A stretch of DNA of 25,409 bases from a virus (lineage: Duplodnaviria; Caudoviricetes), in the IMG/VR virus record IMGVR_UViG_3300037863_000300, positions 1 to 25,409 of that record, one strand, 5' to 3'. Shown here piece by piece: positions 24,567 to 25,409 of this stretch (within the stretch, counting starts at the first letter, position 1; the number at the start of each line of letters is the position of its first letter). The notes under the pieces were generated by a model. It made no database searches. It was not told the DNA's origin and saw nothing but the letters and a program-made list of their open reading frames with translations. The position numbers were made by a program, and so were the translations under genes.

Positions 24567-24908
24567 TCAAGCAGTTGCAGTTGCGCGAGTCTTACGGCCA
24601 TGGCTTGCATCCACCCCAAGATGCTCAATTACCACCGGCGGCCGGTTCGGAAACTGGGCTACGAGCTCAAGCTTTCCGCCCATGCTTTCCACGTAGTGAC
24701 GCAGGGTCGAGAGCAACATGTCGCTACGCTTTTCGAGTCGGGAGATGGTGTCCTGTCCGACACCCAGAACAGAGGCAAGCTGCTCCTGCGTTTGTTGTGA
24801 AGCTTGGCGCAGGTCCTTCAGTGTGGCCAATTCCATGGCTCGCGTTTCCACCCGCTGCTGGCGCTCTTTTGGCAGCGCAGCCATTACATCATCGAGTTTT
24901 CTTGGCAT
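24567..24908 (-). CDS. XRE-family HTH antitoxin (HigA-like)
   Basis: 'LKDLRQASQQTQEQLASVLGVGQDTISRLEKRSDMLLSTLRHYVESMGGKLELVAQFP'. AAGGAG RBS. Confidence 0.9.
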   Translation of the reverse strand: MPRKLDDVMAALPKERQQRVETRAMELATLKDLRQASQQTQEQLASVLGVGQDTISRLEKRSDMLLSTLRHYVESMGGKLELVAQFPNRPPVVIEHLGVDASHGRKTRATATA

Positions 24909-25162
24909 GATTGGACTTCTCCTTACTTTGTTGGGCCGGTGTGCCCAAATGCGCGTCGTAGCGAGAATCGGCTACGTCGATCAATCTTTTGTAAAACCGA
25001 CGTTGGTCTGCGCCACCCTTGTCACCGCCTACCAGCAGGACGGCTTTCCGCTGGGGATCGAATGCAAACGCCACCCGCCAGACTTGGCCATTTCACGAAA
25101 AACGCAACTCCTTCATGTTGGTGTACCTCGAACCCTTCAACGTGTCCACGGTGGGACGACCC
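24889..25162 (-). pseudogene. RelE/HigB (Gp49-like) toxin with a nonsense codon and 5' truncation
   Basis: Reads GRPTVDTLKGSRYTNMKELRFS*NGQVWRVAFAFDPQRKAVLLVGGDK, with in-frame TGA at 25093-25095. Homology ends at 25162. Confidence 0.88.
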
Positions 25163-25409
25163 GGTAGTGCAACATTCGTTCTGTAATTTCCCCGACCATG
25201 GAAACTGAACCTGTTTGGAAGTTTCTGGTTTTGGGATTTTTTCAATCAGGCCCCTGCCAGGCCGCCGGAGGCCCCCCCCTGACGTCTGACTCGCAAGCCT
25301 GGACCGACACAGAAAGAACGTTTTTATCATGGCTCAACGAACCCAACTTGATGACACCAACCACCCGCTGCACGAAGCCTATGCCTGTCTGCTTGCCAAC
25401 GGTCTGGAT
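25163..25409 (+). mobile_element. Left end of an IS256-family element
   Basis: Begins exactly where the toxin homology stops, with GGTAGTGCAACATTCGTTCTGTAATTTCCCCGACCAT (IS256-like terminus), followed by a transposase-like ORF. Confidence 0.65.
25329..25409 (+). CDS. Probable IS256-family transposase, N-terminal 27 aa (runs off the window)
   Basis: MAQRTQLDDTNHPLHEAYACLLANGLD resembles betaproteobacterial IS256 transposase N-termini as recalled. Too short to be certain. Confidence 0.55.
   Translation, partial: MAQRTQLDDTNHPLHEAYACLLANGLD

Noticed and set aside
24401-24910. 169-aa plus-strand ORF
   Set aside because: Crosses a terminator and is antisense to the XRE antitoxin.

Overview
Most of this window (about 703-24540) is one prophage- or satellite-like integrative element, probably betaproteobacterial, lying next to an EPS-type MarR regulator. 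Its long leftward arm runs: AlpA/Xis-like HTH, hypothetical, BRO antirepressor, AAA_24/Sak4-like ATPase, SSB-like protein, DUF6511-like protein, Cas4-like nuclease, P4-type primase-helicase followed by iteron-like repeats, RuvC-like resolvase, DUF6362-like regulator, ParB-DNA methylase, HNH nuclease, a cos-like region and an apparently truncated small terminase. No large terminase, portal, capsid, tail or lysis genes are present. The rightward arm has an HTH-PIN pair and an uncharacterised 749-aa protein where a repressor would be expected, then DUF2924, a large serine recombinase and two paralogous accessory genes. Cargo is rich in toxin modules: HigBA, a ParDE-like pair, two Fic proteins, an AbiEii fragment and a dead RelE/HigB toxin with its XRE antitoxin. 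A frameshifted IS6 and the start of an IS256-like element lie at the right. The strongest unexplained signal is an identical bipartite motif, CTTGGCTTT-N9-CAGAGCGTTCATA, upstream of two operons 16.4 kb apart, which suggests an element-specific regulon. Family names come from recalled motifs, not database searches.
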